From a virus: a DNA stretch of 41,799 nt. Positions within the stretch are counted from its first letter, which is position 1; every line of letters starts with the position of its first letter. The notes below the pieces were generated by a model. The model was not told the DNA's origin. It saw only the letters and a program-made list of their open reading frames with translations, and made no database searches. The stretch lies in IMG/VR virus record IMGVR_UViG_3300031566_000123. One strand, 5' to 3'. Shown here one piece after another: positions 6,417-15,754 of this stretch. The position numbers and the translations under genes were made by a program.

Positions 6417-6614
6417 ATGCGTAGACATTTTATTGTGGAGTTGGACGACGCTGAGTTTGTGAGGTTGAAGGTGGCCGTTGTCATGGAGCAAACCACTATT
6501 AAATCCTGGCTCAGGTCGGTTATACTTAGTAATATAGATAATAAGGAGGATTATAATGATTTAGAATATGTAGTACAGACAAATGAAGGTACGCAAATAA
6601 TAAGACCAAATTAA
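6417..6614 (+). CDS. Ribbon-helix-helix (CopG/Arc-like) DNA-binding protein (65 aa)
   Basis: AAAGGAG precedes the ATG. The N-terminal RHFIVELDDAEFVRLKVAVVMEQTTIKSWLRSVIL fits a strand-helix-helix pattern. Confidence 0.5.
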   Translation: MRRHFIVELDDAEFVRLKVAVVMEQTTIKSWLRSVILSNIDNKEDYNDLEYVVQTNEGTQIIRPN

Positions 6615-6626
6615 AAAGGAGTAATA

Positions 6627-7274
6627 ATGTCAGAACAACCAGGTTTAGTATCATTTAGGGGACTGGTGGATGGGTTTAGACAAACCCCGCTGCAGGAGTT
6701 CAAAGGCATTTTTGAGAGCTTTTCCTCCGAGCTGAATACAAACTTCACACCGCCAGGAACGAATGTCCACCTCAACTTCAAGGAACTGGAGGTCATACGC
6801 TCAACGGAACCATATAACTTCCCAATATGCCAACTTACAATCCCATTGAACAAATCCAAGTCCAGCCAGTGGGGGATACTTGGTATCTCCGCAGCAAAGT
6901 TTATGGCTGAGGATGAGGACATAAGCAGCTTGCAAGGTAAGCGCCTACACATGACCCAGATTAGCCATAATATGTGGAACCGCAAAGAAGGCAAAGAAGT
7001 GCCAAGGGATTGCTGGGAAGTTATCGGTGTAGAGGGTATTGAGTCTGCGAGTGGTGCGGCAAAAGGTTCCGCCAGCCAGAGAGCGTTGGAATTGTTGGAT
7101 GGTAAAACCGAAGCTGCGTGGAACCAAGCAGCGTTCCAAGACCCGGTGATTAAGGCGGATGGTGGGTTGATAACCAACATTCTTAGCAAAGCATTTATAC
7201 CTACTATGATAGCCGCTGGCAAGGTAACCAAAGACGAGAACGAAGTCTACCATGTAGTGGTAAAGGAGAGCTAG
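6627..7274 (+). CDS. Hypothetical protein in the recombination module (215 aa)
   Basis: AAAAAGGAGTAATA precedes the ATG. The antisense 206-aa ORF has no Shine-Dalgarno site and is treated as a shadow ORF. Confidence 0.6.
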   Translation: MSEQPGLVSFRGLVDGFRQTPLQEFKGIFESFSSELNTNFTPPGTNVHLNFKELEVIRSTEPYNFPICQLTIPLNKSKSSQWGILGISAAKFMAEDEDISSLQGKRLHMTQISHNMWNRKEGKEVPRDCWEVIGVEGIESASGAAKGSASQRALELLDGKTEAAWNQAAFQDPVIKADGGLITNILSKAFIPTMIAAGKVTKDENEVYHVVVKES

Positions 7275-8183
7275 ATGCCCTTGCGGTGGTTTAAGTGTCC
7301 TGATGGAGAACTGGCGGAGGTTGAGGAATGTCTCCAAAAATGCCGTTTAGGTAGGAGATGCCTCACCTTACCTACGCTCAAAGCTGTTTCTAGGGTAAGG
7401 AAATGGTCAGGACGACCTAGTACCACCCAAATGCTTAATGGGACAATGATGGAGTTCCTGAAACTAACCAGGGACTACCATCTTGTCCCTAAGGAACAGG
7501 CATTTGCGTTGTTAGGTACCCAGCACCATAAGCATTTGGAACAGGCTGGTAAGGAATTAGGTCTACCCACAGAGATTGTCCTTGACTCGGAGACAGGTCA
7601 GAATGTAGTTGACTTGTTGGAGCCATGTGAGGGTAAGTTTGGCTATTCCCTCACGGATTACAAAACTTGGGGTAGTTTCAGGGTAGTGAGAGCTATTGGC
7701 ATTGTAGACCACAAAATCCCAGACCCAAGTGGTGAGAGGTATAAGCGTGGTCCAAAGACTGGCCAACTGAAACAGGTCTCGGAGTTCAGTATTGATGCAA
7801 GTACGGTGGACATGTGGGATGTTGAACTCCAACTTAATCATTACAGGGTACAGTTGGAGCAAGCTGGTGTGGTTATACAGGAAATGCAAATTCAGATTAC
7901 TGTTAGAGATGGCGGACTGAGGTGTGCTAGAGACCGTGGAATCATGGAAAAAATATACCTGCTACCTGTAAGAAAGCTGGATGATAGGGATGTATGGAAG
8001 TATTTTGGTAATAAGGAAGCAGCATTACACCTAGCACTTTCTAGCTATGAGAAGGACAAAGGCTATTTGCCATTACCGTGTTCGGAGAGGGAAAGTTGGG
8101 ATAGTCGTAGGTGTAATGGGTTTTGTCCAGTGGCTAAATACTGTCCTCAAGGCAAAATGGTATTAGCTGGAGGTATGCTGTGA
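7275..8183 (+). CDS. PD-(D/E)XK nuclease, Cas4/RecB-like, with a probable Fe-S Cys cluster (302 aa)
   Basis: VVDLLEP...LTDYKTW (D...DxK) and QLNHYRVQL (QxxxY) motifs. N-terminal Cys residues plus C-terminal C-x11-C-x3-C-x5-C. Confidence 0.7.
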   Translation: MPLRWFKCPDGELAEVEECLQKCRLGRRCLTLPTLKAVSRVRKWSGRPSTTQMLNGTMMEFLKLTRDYHLVPKEQAFALLGTQHHKHLEQAGKELGLPTEIVLDSETGQNVVDLLEPCEGKFGYSLTDYKTWGSFRVVRAIGIVDHKIPDPSGERYKRGPKTGQLKQVSEFSIDASTVDMWDVELQLNHYRVQLEQAGVVIQEMQIQITVRDGGLRCARDRGIMEKIYLLPVRKLDDRDVWKYFGNKEAALHLALSSYEKDKGYLPLPCSERESWDSRRCNGFCPVAKYCPQGKMVLAGGML

Positions 8184-8959
8184 TTGTCGGGATTTGGGGG
8201 AATGACAAGTCAGGCAAAACCTCATTAGCATTAACATTCCCAAAACCGCTAACCCATTTTGAGTTTGATTTAGGTGGGTTTGATAGGGCCAAGTGGAGGT
8301 TTGCTAATGATATGGGTGGTATCACACGCAAAACCTATATCATGCCATTTCAGGTTCAGATGGATGGTGTGAGTTTCAAGCAAAGTAAGATGGTGGTTGG
8401 TATGAGGGAACTCTATTACCAATTCCTCTCAGACTATATTGGATTTATAAACGACCCAAAACAGGGTAGTGGTGTCATTGACACTGCTACCTTGCTATGG
8501 GAAATTACATACTTGGCTTACCTACAGGAGAAACAAGAGAACCAATTGGATACTAATGGTAACCTATTACCTGGTGAGGGTAGGCTAAGGGAGAGATTGT
8601 TGCCTATTGAGTATAAGGAACCAAATATCCGTATGCGGGGGATTTTGTACCAAGCAAAAGCTGCTGGTAAGAACCTTATACTCACACACCATAGTAGGGA
8701 TGTGTATAAAGGAATGATTAATTCTAAAACTGGTGCTGTGGAGGAGGTAAAAACTGGTGATAAAGAACGGTCTGGGTTTAATTCACTTGGTGATAGCACG
8801 GATTTGATGCTACATACTTACTTAAATAGTAGTGGGTTTAATTGCAAAGTTTGTGAGGAATCGGCGCCAAGAGCGTTGGTAGGTATATCACTTGAGGTAC
8901 CAACTTACCAGATGTTGGTTGAATTGATGGAGTCTATGCAAGCAGGAGTAAGTGGATGA
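8180..8959 (+). CDS. AAA/RecA-like ATPase, Sak4/AAA_24-like (259 aa, GTG start)
   Basis: Walker A GNDKSGKTS near the N-terminus and Walker B-like GVIDTATLLWE. GGAGG lies 6 nt before the GTG, which overlaps the upstream TGA. Confidence 0.6.
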   Translation: MIVGIWGNDKSGKTSLALTFPKPLTHFEFDLGGFDRAKWRFANDMGGITRKTYIMPFQVQMDGVSFKQSKMVVGMRELYYQFLSDYIGFINDPKQGSGVIDTATLLWEITYLAYLQEKQENQLDTNGNLLPGEGRLRERLLPIEYKEPNIRMRGILYQAKAAGKNLILTHHSRDVYKGMINSKTGAVEEVKTGDKERSGFNSLGDSTDLMLHTYLNSSGFNCKVCEESAPRALVGISLEVPTYQMLVELMESMQAGVSG

Positions 8960-9294
8960 GTTATGATATTGGGGATTATACTACATTACCCATAGATGCT
9001 ATGCCTCCAGCTGTGCGTGGTAGGCAGGACAGCAAATGGTTATCATTCCTACCACAGCTGACTGAGGATACGGCGATTGTCATACGGTGCATGGATAAGG
9101 AGCGGATGAACCAAATTAGGTCAAACATACAAGGTTCGTTTAGACAAGCTAGGAAAGTAAAGCATGGGATGAATTTTAATCTGCGGACTAGAGGATTACA
9201 AGAAGGTGCGTATTGGAATTTATATGTTTGGAAGGAGGAAGCAGCAATACACCTTACATATCAAACAGATGATAAAGGAATGATTATACGGTGA
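8956..9294 (+). CDS. Hypothetical protein (112 aa)
   Basis: ATGA start/stop overlap; in the operon. Confidence 0.55.
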   Translation: MSYDIGDYTTLPIDAMPPAVRGRQDSKWLSFLPQLTEDTAIVIRCMDKERMNQIRSNIQGSFRQARKVKHGMNFNLRTRGLQEGAYWNLYVWKEEAAIHLTYQTDDKGMIIR

Positions 9295-9995
9295 TATTGG
9301 TTGACACATTTGAACCAACCAACATTGAGGAGCTAGTGCAACAATCTGTTCCAACATTCAGAGATTCCCTCAATGCTAAAGGGTTACCAGATTATACTTG
9401 GGTTGCAGTGGACGCACATTCCATTGGTTTATCCCGCAAGCAAGCTGGGGAACTACTGAGTTCTTTGGACGATGCTGAGGAGCAACTGTCCAGGGACATG
9501 GTTGGTGTGGATGAAATGACCTTGCTGGTGGAAAATATTTTTGGTCCAGTGGATGGAGACAAGTGCCAAATCTATGCACCAAGCAAGGATGAGAGATTCC
9601 TCATCCCACGCCGCAAGTATCATACCTCATATTGCAGGGTATATGCTTGGTTTAGCAGGTTGGATAAATGTGGCATCACAGTGGTACAGACTTTTAATTG
9701 GGAAGCTACGGCAAAGGTGTTGGTTGCGTTATACCAAAACTCACAGAATATGAAGCATACCACATTAAACCGCTACATCAAAAAGAAGATTACACCGAAA
9801 AAGCTGGATTCGCAGGTCAAAACCTTAATGGGTATTAGTGGTGCCAACCTCGGTGAGGTCAAAGCTACGGCGCTGGTGGATGAATTTGGTACAGTGTGGA
9901 ACATCCTCCATACGCCGATTGAGGAGTTAATTAGAGTGGATGGGATTGGCACATATACCATTAGGGAACTGTTCAAAGCTATTGGAAAGGAGTAA
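9291..9995 (+). CDS. XPF/Mus81/Hef-like (ERCC4-type) structure-specific nuclease with a C-terminal (HhH)2 (234 aa, GTG start)
   Basis: ILVDTFEP, then PDYTW...GLSRKQAGELLSSL resembling GDY...ERKxxxDL. C-terminal tandem helix-hairpin-helix (GISGANLGEVKA... VDGIGTYTIRELF). Confidence 0.5.
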   Translation: MILVDTFEPTNIEELVQQSVPTFRDSLNAKGLPDYTWVAVDAHSIGLSRKQAGELLSSLDDAEEQLSRDMVGVDEMTLLVENIFGPVDGDKCQIYAPSKDERFLIPRRKYHTSYCRVYAWFSRLDKCGITVVQTFNWEATAKVLVALYQNSQNMKHTTLNRYIKKKITPKKLDSQVKTLMGISGANLGEVKATALVDEFGTVWNILHTPIEELIRVDGIGTYTIRELFKAIGKE

Positions 9996-9996
9996 C

Positions 9997-10323
9997 ATGG
10001 AAAAGGTAAACGGGGTAGATACCATAAGTGATAATATAATACTTGAGCCACCAGAGGAAATTAAACTAAGTTTTGATACCATGAAAAAGGCACAGAGGTT
10101 GCAAGATTTACTGCTCCCAAGGTGGGCTGCGTTTGTACCGTATTGTGCAAAGTGTAAGGTGCCGCTGATTTGGATTTTAGGTGATGAAAGAATGTTGTTT
10201 GAATGTCCGAGTTGTGCGGTGGTTTGGGTGAAGGATAGTAACTGGAACGAAAACTTAGGTAAGGCATTGGGCAAGAGTAAGGAGAAAAATGGAGTTCGCA
10301 GCAAAGTTTCCAAAGACGGATGA
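9997..10323 (+). CDS. Zinc-ribbon protein (108 aa)
   Basis: GGAAAGGAGTAAC precedes the ATG at 9997. CAKC...CPSC pairs. Confidence 0.6.
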   Translation: MEKVNGVDTISDNIILEPPEEIKLSFDTMKKAQRLQDLLLPRWAAFVPYCAKCKVPLIWILGDERMLFECPSCAVVWVKDSNWNENLGKALGKSKEKNGVRSKVSKDG

Positions 10324-11089
10324 AGGTTGGATAGACTTCCCCAGTGATGTTGGGTATAGGAAAAGCATATTCCCTGAGGACATCGCACACCCAGCTAGAG
10401 CTAACCTACACATGGTAGAAGCTATTGTGGAGTATGTATCCCAGCCAGAGGAGACAGTTATGGATATCATGGCTGGTGCTGGTAGTATTGCTATTGCTGC
10501 GGTGATGGGTAGAAAGGTAGTCTGTATAGAAATTGAGAAAATATACCAAGATACGCTTGCTGTGGTTAAAAACCATTTAAGTGGGGAGGTTCAGGAAAAC
10601 CTAACTTTGCTGTTCGGCGATTGCAGGGACTTTTTGCCGTTCCCAGTAAACCATATCATATTCAGTCCACCTTATGCACGGATATTGAAAACCAAGCAGG
10701 GTGCAAAGCAGGATAGTACCAAGCAACTGGCAGGGGTTAGCAAACATTCGGAGTTTGGGAGTTGGAGTCCAGAGTATTCTACCAACCCACGGAATGTTGG
10801 TAACCTAAACAAGTTTTTGTATAACCAAACTATGGAGAGGATATACAAACTTTGTTATGATAGTTTGTTTTCGGGTGGTACAATGACGGTGATATTGAAG
10901 GATTATATTCATAAGGGTAAGCGGGTGTATTTGTCCGATTGGTTAACACGGACTTGTATCAAAATGGGATTTGAGATTACTGGTTGGCATAAGCGCAAGG
11001 CATTGGGTACTGGGTTTTTGAAGCTATGGCGGAGTAGAGGGTGCGCTACTGTATCGGATGAAGATATTATTATCTTTAATAAGGAGTAA
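10289..11089 (+). CDS. DNA methyltransferase (amino-MTase, SPPY type; N4-C or N6-A), 266 aa
   Basis: Motif I VMDIMAGAGSIAIAA and motif IV IIFSPPYA. TAAGGAGAAAA precedes the ATG. Confidence 0.85.
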   Translation: MEFAAKFPKTDEGWIDFPSDVGYRKSIFPEDIAHPARANLHMVEAIVEYVSQPEETVMDIMAGAGSIAIAAVMGRKVVCIEIEKIYQDTLAVVKNHLSGEVQENLTLLFGDCRDFLPFPVNHIIFSPPYARILKTKQGAKQDSTKQLAGVSKHSEFGSWSPEYSTNPRNVGNLNKFLYNQTMERIYKLCYDSLFSGGTMTVILKDYIHKGKRVYLSDWLTRTCIKMGFEITGWHKRKALGTGFLKLWRSRGCATVSDEDIIIFNKE

Positions 11090-11093
11090 ATGT

Positions 11094-11531
11094 ATGAAGG
11101 AAAGCTACGCTGCTGGGATTATAGATGGTGAGGGTTCCATCGGAGTCTCCAGAAAGTCTAAAATAAATGGTTCCTACTACAACTACTTATTGGTGGTACA
11201 AGTAACCATGAGAAGCCCTGCTATACCTGGATGGTTAGCAACAAACTTTGGTGGTCATGTAGGAAGATATGAGCAAAGTAAGAGAGCTTTTGGTAAAGGA
11301 TACATGAGTAAATGGGCAATCTTTGGTGATGAAGCAAAAGGATTCATTGAGCAAATACTTCCCTACCTTATTGAAAAGAAGAACCAAGCAGAACTAGCAT
11401 TACAATTCCCTATGGGTAAACGGGGATATAGAGCCAGTTTATCCGCAGAAGCAAAGGAGGAACAGTATGAAATCTATATGCTTATGCAGGAATTAAACTC
11501 CAAAAAAATTACAATAATTGAGGTGTTATAA
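11094..11531 (+). mobile_element. Free-standing single-motif LAGLIDADG homing endonuclease (145 aa)
   Basis: YAAGIIDGEGSIGV LAGLIDADG motif at the N-terminus and PYLIEKKNQAELA typical of the family. AAGGAG precedes the ATG at 11094. Confidence 0.8.
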
Positions 11532-11776
11532 TGAACAAGGAATTGGAAACACTTAAGGCTAATGGTATTTATGGTACGGTCAAACCAATCACCCTGCCCA
11601 CTGTGGATGGTGCTGGTGAGGTACACTTTGATGACTATAACCTCATGTTCCAAAGCAGGTTTGGCCATACCAAAGTTTGTTTGAATGGTTTGGAGGAGAT
11701 ATTCTATGGCAAACAATCCACCTACATCATAGAGGAGAAAAAAGGCTGGCTGGTGTTCATTGAGGATAAAAGTTAA
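11531..11776 (+). CDS. Hypothetical protein (81 aa)
   Basis: TAATG start/stop overlap; in the operon. Confidence 0.55.
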   Translation: MNKELETLKANGIYGTVKPITLPTVDGAGEVHFDDYNLMFQSRFGHTKVCLNGLEEIFYGKQSTYIIEEKKGWLVFIEDKS

Positions 11777-11788
11777 GGAGGTATAGAA

Positions 11789-12244
11789 ATGCAAAAATTG
11801 GATACTTTCCAACTCAAGGTTAATTATAACCCAGAGGTGTTGGAGGTGGTAGGTCCAGAAGGTGGTGAAGGTGTAACAGATGGCAAGATAGGTAATACCA
11901 CAGTACCTGTCAGCATGTGGGCATTTTCACCAAAAGGTGTTCCAGGAACGCTGTTTATATTAGGTAATGTACCAGGAGTTACTGGAGTATTAGGAAGTGG
12001 ATTCCTAGCACATATACACTTTAAGGTAGTGGAAGGTTCTAGTGGGACAACATACATTACCTTCAGCGATGGACATTTGTGGGATAACGGCAATCCACCA
12101 AGTGAAATTGATGTGGAAGAATGGATAGGAGACAATGTGTTTATAATGAGCGCCCAAATAATTACTATGGAGATTAGTACACCTATTGAGGTACAACAGG
12201 GAGAGGAATTTGCCGCTGATGTGGTAATTACTGAGAGTAAATAG
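11789..12244 (+). CDS. Cohesin-domain-like protein, apparently an off-register repeat fragment (151 aa)
   Basis: FQLKVNYNPEVLEVV...GVLGSGFLAHIHFKVVEGSSGTTYITF resembles the middle and C-terminal strands of a cohesin domain. The tail ISTPIEVQQGEEFAADVVI resembles the start of a second domain. Strong Shine-Dalgarno site. Confidence 0.45.
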   Translation: MQKLDTFQLKVNYNPEVLEVVGPEGGEGVTDGKIGNTTVPVSMWAFSPKGVPGTLFILGNVPGVTGVLGSGFLAHIHFKVVEGSSGTTYITFSDGHLWDNGNPPSEIDVEEWIGDNVFIMSAQIITMEISTPIEVQQGEEFAADVVITESK

Positions 12245-13902
12245 TGTATTCCGCCTATGACCCACAACTAGGTTTCTACTACTACGGTGAGGAGGAACCT
12301 AGAAGTGGGATGTACCGTGAATATATTGGCTGCCATCCTAAACTTATCACAGTAGATACCGAGACTATATCACTCAAGGAAAGGGTTGTCATTGGGGTTG
12401 GCATCGCTGTCAATCCTCGTATATCATTTTATTTTCCACTGTTCCCAGAACCATGTTCCATGGTACCATGGGAACTATTGCGTAATCCCTATGTTACAAA
12501 GATATTCCACAATGCGCCGTTTGATTTGGTTTGTATGCAGGAATGGAATATGGATAATACTAATATCCTGGATACTAATATCATCGCACACCTGTTGAAT
12601 GTGAAGCCATCCAGGTTGATTGATGTGGTTTCCGCTATGGCAGCAGAGGGAGGTAGGCTCCCAGAAGTGCACCAAATTTCGGAGTATATTGGTAAAGAAA
12701 CTAAACGGACTACGCTGGATGTTCCTACCGAAGTGATGGCTAAAAAATGTTGCCAGGATGCTATCGCTACCTACCAAGTGTATGAGCATTTTTCACCTAG
12801 GGTGGATATGGAGTATCTCAAGGTGGAGATGGAAGTAATATCTATATTAACGGAGATGTCGTTTCGTGGGATTAAGTTGGACCAGGAGGCTAGGGGTGAG
12901 CTGGAGAGTAGTTTGGAACAGGAGGTGGAGTATTATCTTACCATGGCTGAAGGTGAAGGGTTTAGTCCAAGCTCGCCGCAGCAGGTTGGGTATGTATTAG
13001 CAAAGCGTGGTGCTTATTCGGTATTCAAACGGCTGCCGTGGACAAACAGCAGGCGGACGCAGTTAAGTACCAATGTTGAGGTATTAAATAAGATGGACGA
13101 CCCAATGGCAGCGTTGGTGTTGGATTATCGTGGTAGGTCTAAGTTGTTGAATACCTATATCAAGCCATGGAAGGGTGAAAAGCGTGCTTATACTAGGTTT
13201 CATCTGGATGGTATCACTGGTAGGCCAAGTTCCACAGAGAGGAATATGCAGAACATACCAAAAGGAGCGCCTAGAGGTATATTTATTCCTGAAAATACCA
13301 TGTTTACAGATGTTGACTTCCAACAAATTGAGCTGCGGGTGTTAGCAGAAATATCTGGTGATAGGGAGATGCAAACTATTCTCAACGACCCTAAGGGTGA
13401 TATACACCAAGCAACTGCGGATTTTTTGAATATACCTAGATACCCTTCAAAGTCGGTAAATTTTGCCATGATATACGGCGCTACGGATGAGACCATCATG
13501 GAGACGGCGAAAATTAGGAGTCTGGATAGAGCTAGGAGATTGAAGGAAGCATGGTTTGACCGCTACCGTGAGGCTGGAGATTGGATACAATTACAACAAA
13601 GACATGGGTTGGAAGACCCATATGTAACCACGCTGTATGGTAGAAAGATTATGCTACCAACATTGGATGAGGAGAGTGAAGGTGCAATACAGCGTAAAGC
13701 GGTGAACTATCCTATCCAAGCTAGTGCTGCGGAGATTGTAAAGCGTGGTATGATTAAGTGCAAGGATTTGCTCATGTTGCTGCAAATCCATGACGAGATT
13801 TTGATTGATGGGTTTGTGCCAAAAGAGCGGTTTGAGGTATTGGAACATATCTCACCTCTATGGACACCAGTTAGTGTTAAATACTTGCAGAGGTGGGAGT
13901 GA
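12244..13902 (+). CDS. Family A DNA polymerase with 3'-5' exonuclease domain (552 aa; the GTG start is uncertain)
   Basis: Exo I ITVDTETISL and Exo II FHNAPFDL. Pol motif A DVDFQQIELRVLA, motif B KSVNFAMIYG, motif C LQIHDEILI. Confidence 0.93.
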   Translation: MYSAYDPQLGFYYYGEEEPRSGMYREYIGCHPKLITVDTETISLKERVVIGVGIAVNPRISFYFPLFPEPCSMVPWELLRNPYVTKIFHNAPFDLVCMQEWNMDNTNILDTNIIAHLLNVKPSRLIDVVSAMAAEGGRLPEVHQISEYIGKETKRTTLDVPTEVMAKKCCQDAIATYQVYEHFSPRVDMEYLKVEMEVISILTEMSFRGIKLDQEARGELESSLEQEVEYYLTMAEGEGFSPSSPQQVGYVLAKRGAYSVFKRLPWTNSRRTQLSTNVEVLNKMDDPMAALVLDYRGRSKLLNTYIKPWKGEKRAYTRFHLDGITGRPSSTERNMQNIPKGAPRGIFIPENTMFTDVDFQQIELRVLAEISGDREMQTILNDPKGDIHQATADFLNIPRYPSKSVNFAMIYGATDETIMETAKIRSLDRARRLKEAWFDRYREAGDWIQLQQRHGLEDPYVTTLYGRKIMLPTLDEESEGAIQRKAVNYPIQASAAEIVKRGMIKCKDLLMLLQIHDEILIDGFVPKERFEVLEHISPLWTPVSVKYLQRWE

Positions 13903-13914
13903 GGAGCTTGGCAA

Positions 13915-15582
13915 CTAGGCAGGTTGCCGTTGCGCCACCAAGCTCAGCTCATTCCTGTATTGTGCTTTATCCCTTAGCACGGTCCAGAATTCATTGCGGT
14001 ATTGGATACCTTCATCCATGTATTGTTTTGCGAGGGTCGTTTGGTTAATACTCTCATTCAAGTAAGTCTCCGCTTGACGGATTTCAGCATCGTTGAGGTT
14101 CATTCTAGCATTTGCTTCGTTGATAAATGCGGAGGCGGATGACAGGTACGCACTTGCCTCGGTCAGCTTCCCTGTTCTCCGACTTTCGGATAGAGATGCT
14201 AAGGTCATTTGGATTTGAGCGTAATTGCCATAGATTTCCGCAACACTAGCACCGACATTTACCTTGTTTATGTAATCATCCCCGCTGGTTAGGTAATCAT
14301 CAGCAGCGGCGCGGAAGGTTACTTCATCTGTCCATAGGTCCGCAAGTTCACCGAGGGAGGTTTCCATAGCGGTGATTTGGGTTGGTACCTTATCCAACAC
14401 AGTTTTAATATCCGTGTTGGAGATTGCTACTAGGATGGTACCAGCGGATTCAAGGGAGGTTTTGGCATCATTCTCCAACTCCACAGCTCTGGTCATTAGT
14501 GCGTATGCGGATGCACCTGTTAAGACAAGTTCATCTAGGAAGCTGGGAAAACTGCCATCGGTGTCGGAGGTAGGTGCTGTATGGGAACATTGGTAGTAGA
14601 GGATGATATGCTTGTTCTCCACCATTTGTTCGGGTGCAATGAATAGTAAATCACCCCAAATGGAGAATGGAATAAGTTCCATCACAGCGGCGGTTTTCAA
14701 TGGGTACTCTACACGCAGAACTCGGATTAGGTTGGTAAGGGAACTGATGTCCACTATTCCTGTGTCCTTGGAGTAGTCAATGCGGTAGTAGGTTCCAAGG
14801 TACATATTGCCACCATCTATTGTGGTAATTTTACCATTCATGTAGTCCATGGTATAGTCGGTGTCTCTGGTGTAAGTTGGTGCGTCGCCAGTTCCACGGA
14901 AGTAGATTTCGTGGATGTTTGCAAAGTAGAGGGTATCGGTGCTGGTGCTGTGGAACTTCACACGGACTTTGGTTATGTCTACTGCGGTGAAGGTCTTGGT
15001 CAACCACACACAGCCTGAGCACACACCCTCTGCGGTATAACACCCTGAAAATACTCCTTCATAGATATTATGCCATGCGGAGGTGTGGTAAATATCAATG
15101 CTTATTTGGTCAACCTTACATACCTCATCAATCTCCACACCACTAACATAGATAATTATTGCATTAGCTTCCATTTCAGCGATGGTGAATTCCAAGTAAC
15201 TACCCCAATCATTGATAGGAACGGCGCACATTGCAGCGCTGGTTACTAGGATACTACCATCATAAGCATATTCTGGCGTGGTCCAAGCAGCATCAGGGTC
15301 ATTGTACCCAGTTGGGTGTACCCACTGTGCAATGTTTTTCACCGTCTCACTACCATATTTGATAGGTTTGTTATTTAGGGTGAGGTAGGTACCATGTACC
15401 AACGGCGTAATGTTTTCGTCGGTAACATTAGGTGTGAATGTTACCTCCTCAATTTTCTCATCAGGGAGAAACCTACTAAGGTCGGCAGTAGCTTTGGTTA
15501 CAGCCCGGGATAATTCATCATCATCCCAATCCGCATCAGCAAGTTCTATTTTGAGGTTTGCTTTCATATCGGTCAGGTTCAT
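13915..15582 (-). CDS. Virion structural protein (555 aa); N-terminus resembles gp6-like head-tail connector segments, C-terminus is coiled-coil
   Basis: GGAGGTTAAAG precedes the ATG at 15582. Last gene of the late operon. N-terminal KANLKIELADADWDDDELSRAVTKATADL pattern. Confidence 0.45.
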   Translation of the reverse strand: MNLTDMKANLKIELADADWDDDELSRAVTKATADLSRFLPDEKIEEVTFTPNVTDENITPLVHGTYLTLNNKPIKYGSETVKNIAQWVHPTGYNDPDAAWTTPEYAYDGSILVTSAAMCAVPINDWGSYLEFTIAEMEANAIIIYVSGVEIDEVCKVDQISIDIYHTSAWHNIYEGVFSGCYTAEGVCSGCVWLTKTFTAVDITKVRVKFHSTSTDTLYFANIHEIYFRGTGDAPTYTRDTDYTMDYMNGKITTIDGGNMYLGTYYRIDYSKDTGIVDISSLTNLIRVLRVEYPLKTAAVMELIPFSIWGDLLFIAPEQMVENKHIILYYQCSHTAPTSDTDGSFPSFLDELVLTGASAYALMTRAVELENDAKTSLESAGTILVAISNTDIKTVLDKVPTQITAMETSLGELADLWTDEVTFRAAADDYLTSGDDYINKVNVGASVAEIYGNYAQIQMTLASLSESRRTGKLTEASAYLSSASAFINEANARMNLNDAEIRQAETYLNESINQTTLAKQYMDEGIQYRNEFWTVLRDKAQYRNELSLVAQRQPA

Positions 15583-15754
15583 CTTTAACCTCCAGTAGTT
15601 TTAGGTAGTTGAGGATGCCAACCCGCTCATGGATAGCTTGGGTGATTGTAGCTTCCTGTTGACGAAGTTTGTTGAGTTGTTTACCAAGGTTATCCAAATC
15701 TTGGGTTACTTTCTCCTTCTCCTCTGGTATTTTTATAGTCACCACACTTAACAT
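15536..15754 (-). CDS. Small coiled-coil protein (72 aa)
   Basis: AAGGAGAGTAAAAA precedes the ATG at 15754. The 3' end overlaps the next gene by 47 nt. Confidence 0.5.
   Translation of the reverse strand: MLSVVTIKIPEEKEKVTQDLDNLGKQLNKLRQQEATITQAIHERVGILNYLKLLEVKDEPDRYESKPQNRTC

Noticed and set aside
6611-7231. 206-aa minus-strand ORF antisense to 6627-7274
   Set aside because: No Shine-Dalgarno site, opposite to the operon direction, and Ser/Leu/Pro-rich shadow-ORF composition. The plus ORF has a strong Shine-Dalgarno site and tight coupling to the next gene.
9927-10390. 153-aa and 109-aa minus-strand ORFs
   Set aside because: They are antisense shadows of the plus-strand zinc-ribbon and methyltransferase genes, with no ribosome-binding sites.
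11824-12267. 147-aa minus-strand ORF antisense to the cohesin-like gene
   Set aside because: Shadow ORF with no Shine-Dalgarno site. The plus ORF has domain-like sequence and a strong Shine-Dalgarno site.
13910-13928. Hairpin GGCAAC-N7-GTTGCC as terminator between the convergent polymerase gene and late operon
   Set aside because: It has only a 6-bp stem, no U-tract on either side, and overlaps the 3' end of the 555-aa ORF. I cannot support it as a terminator.
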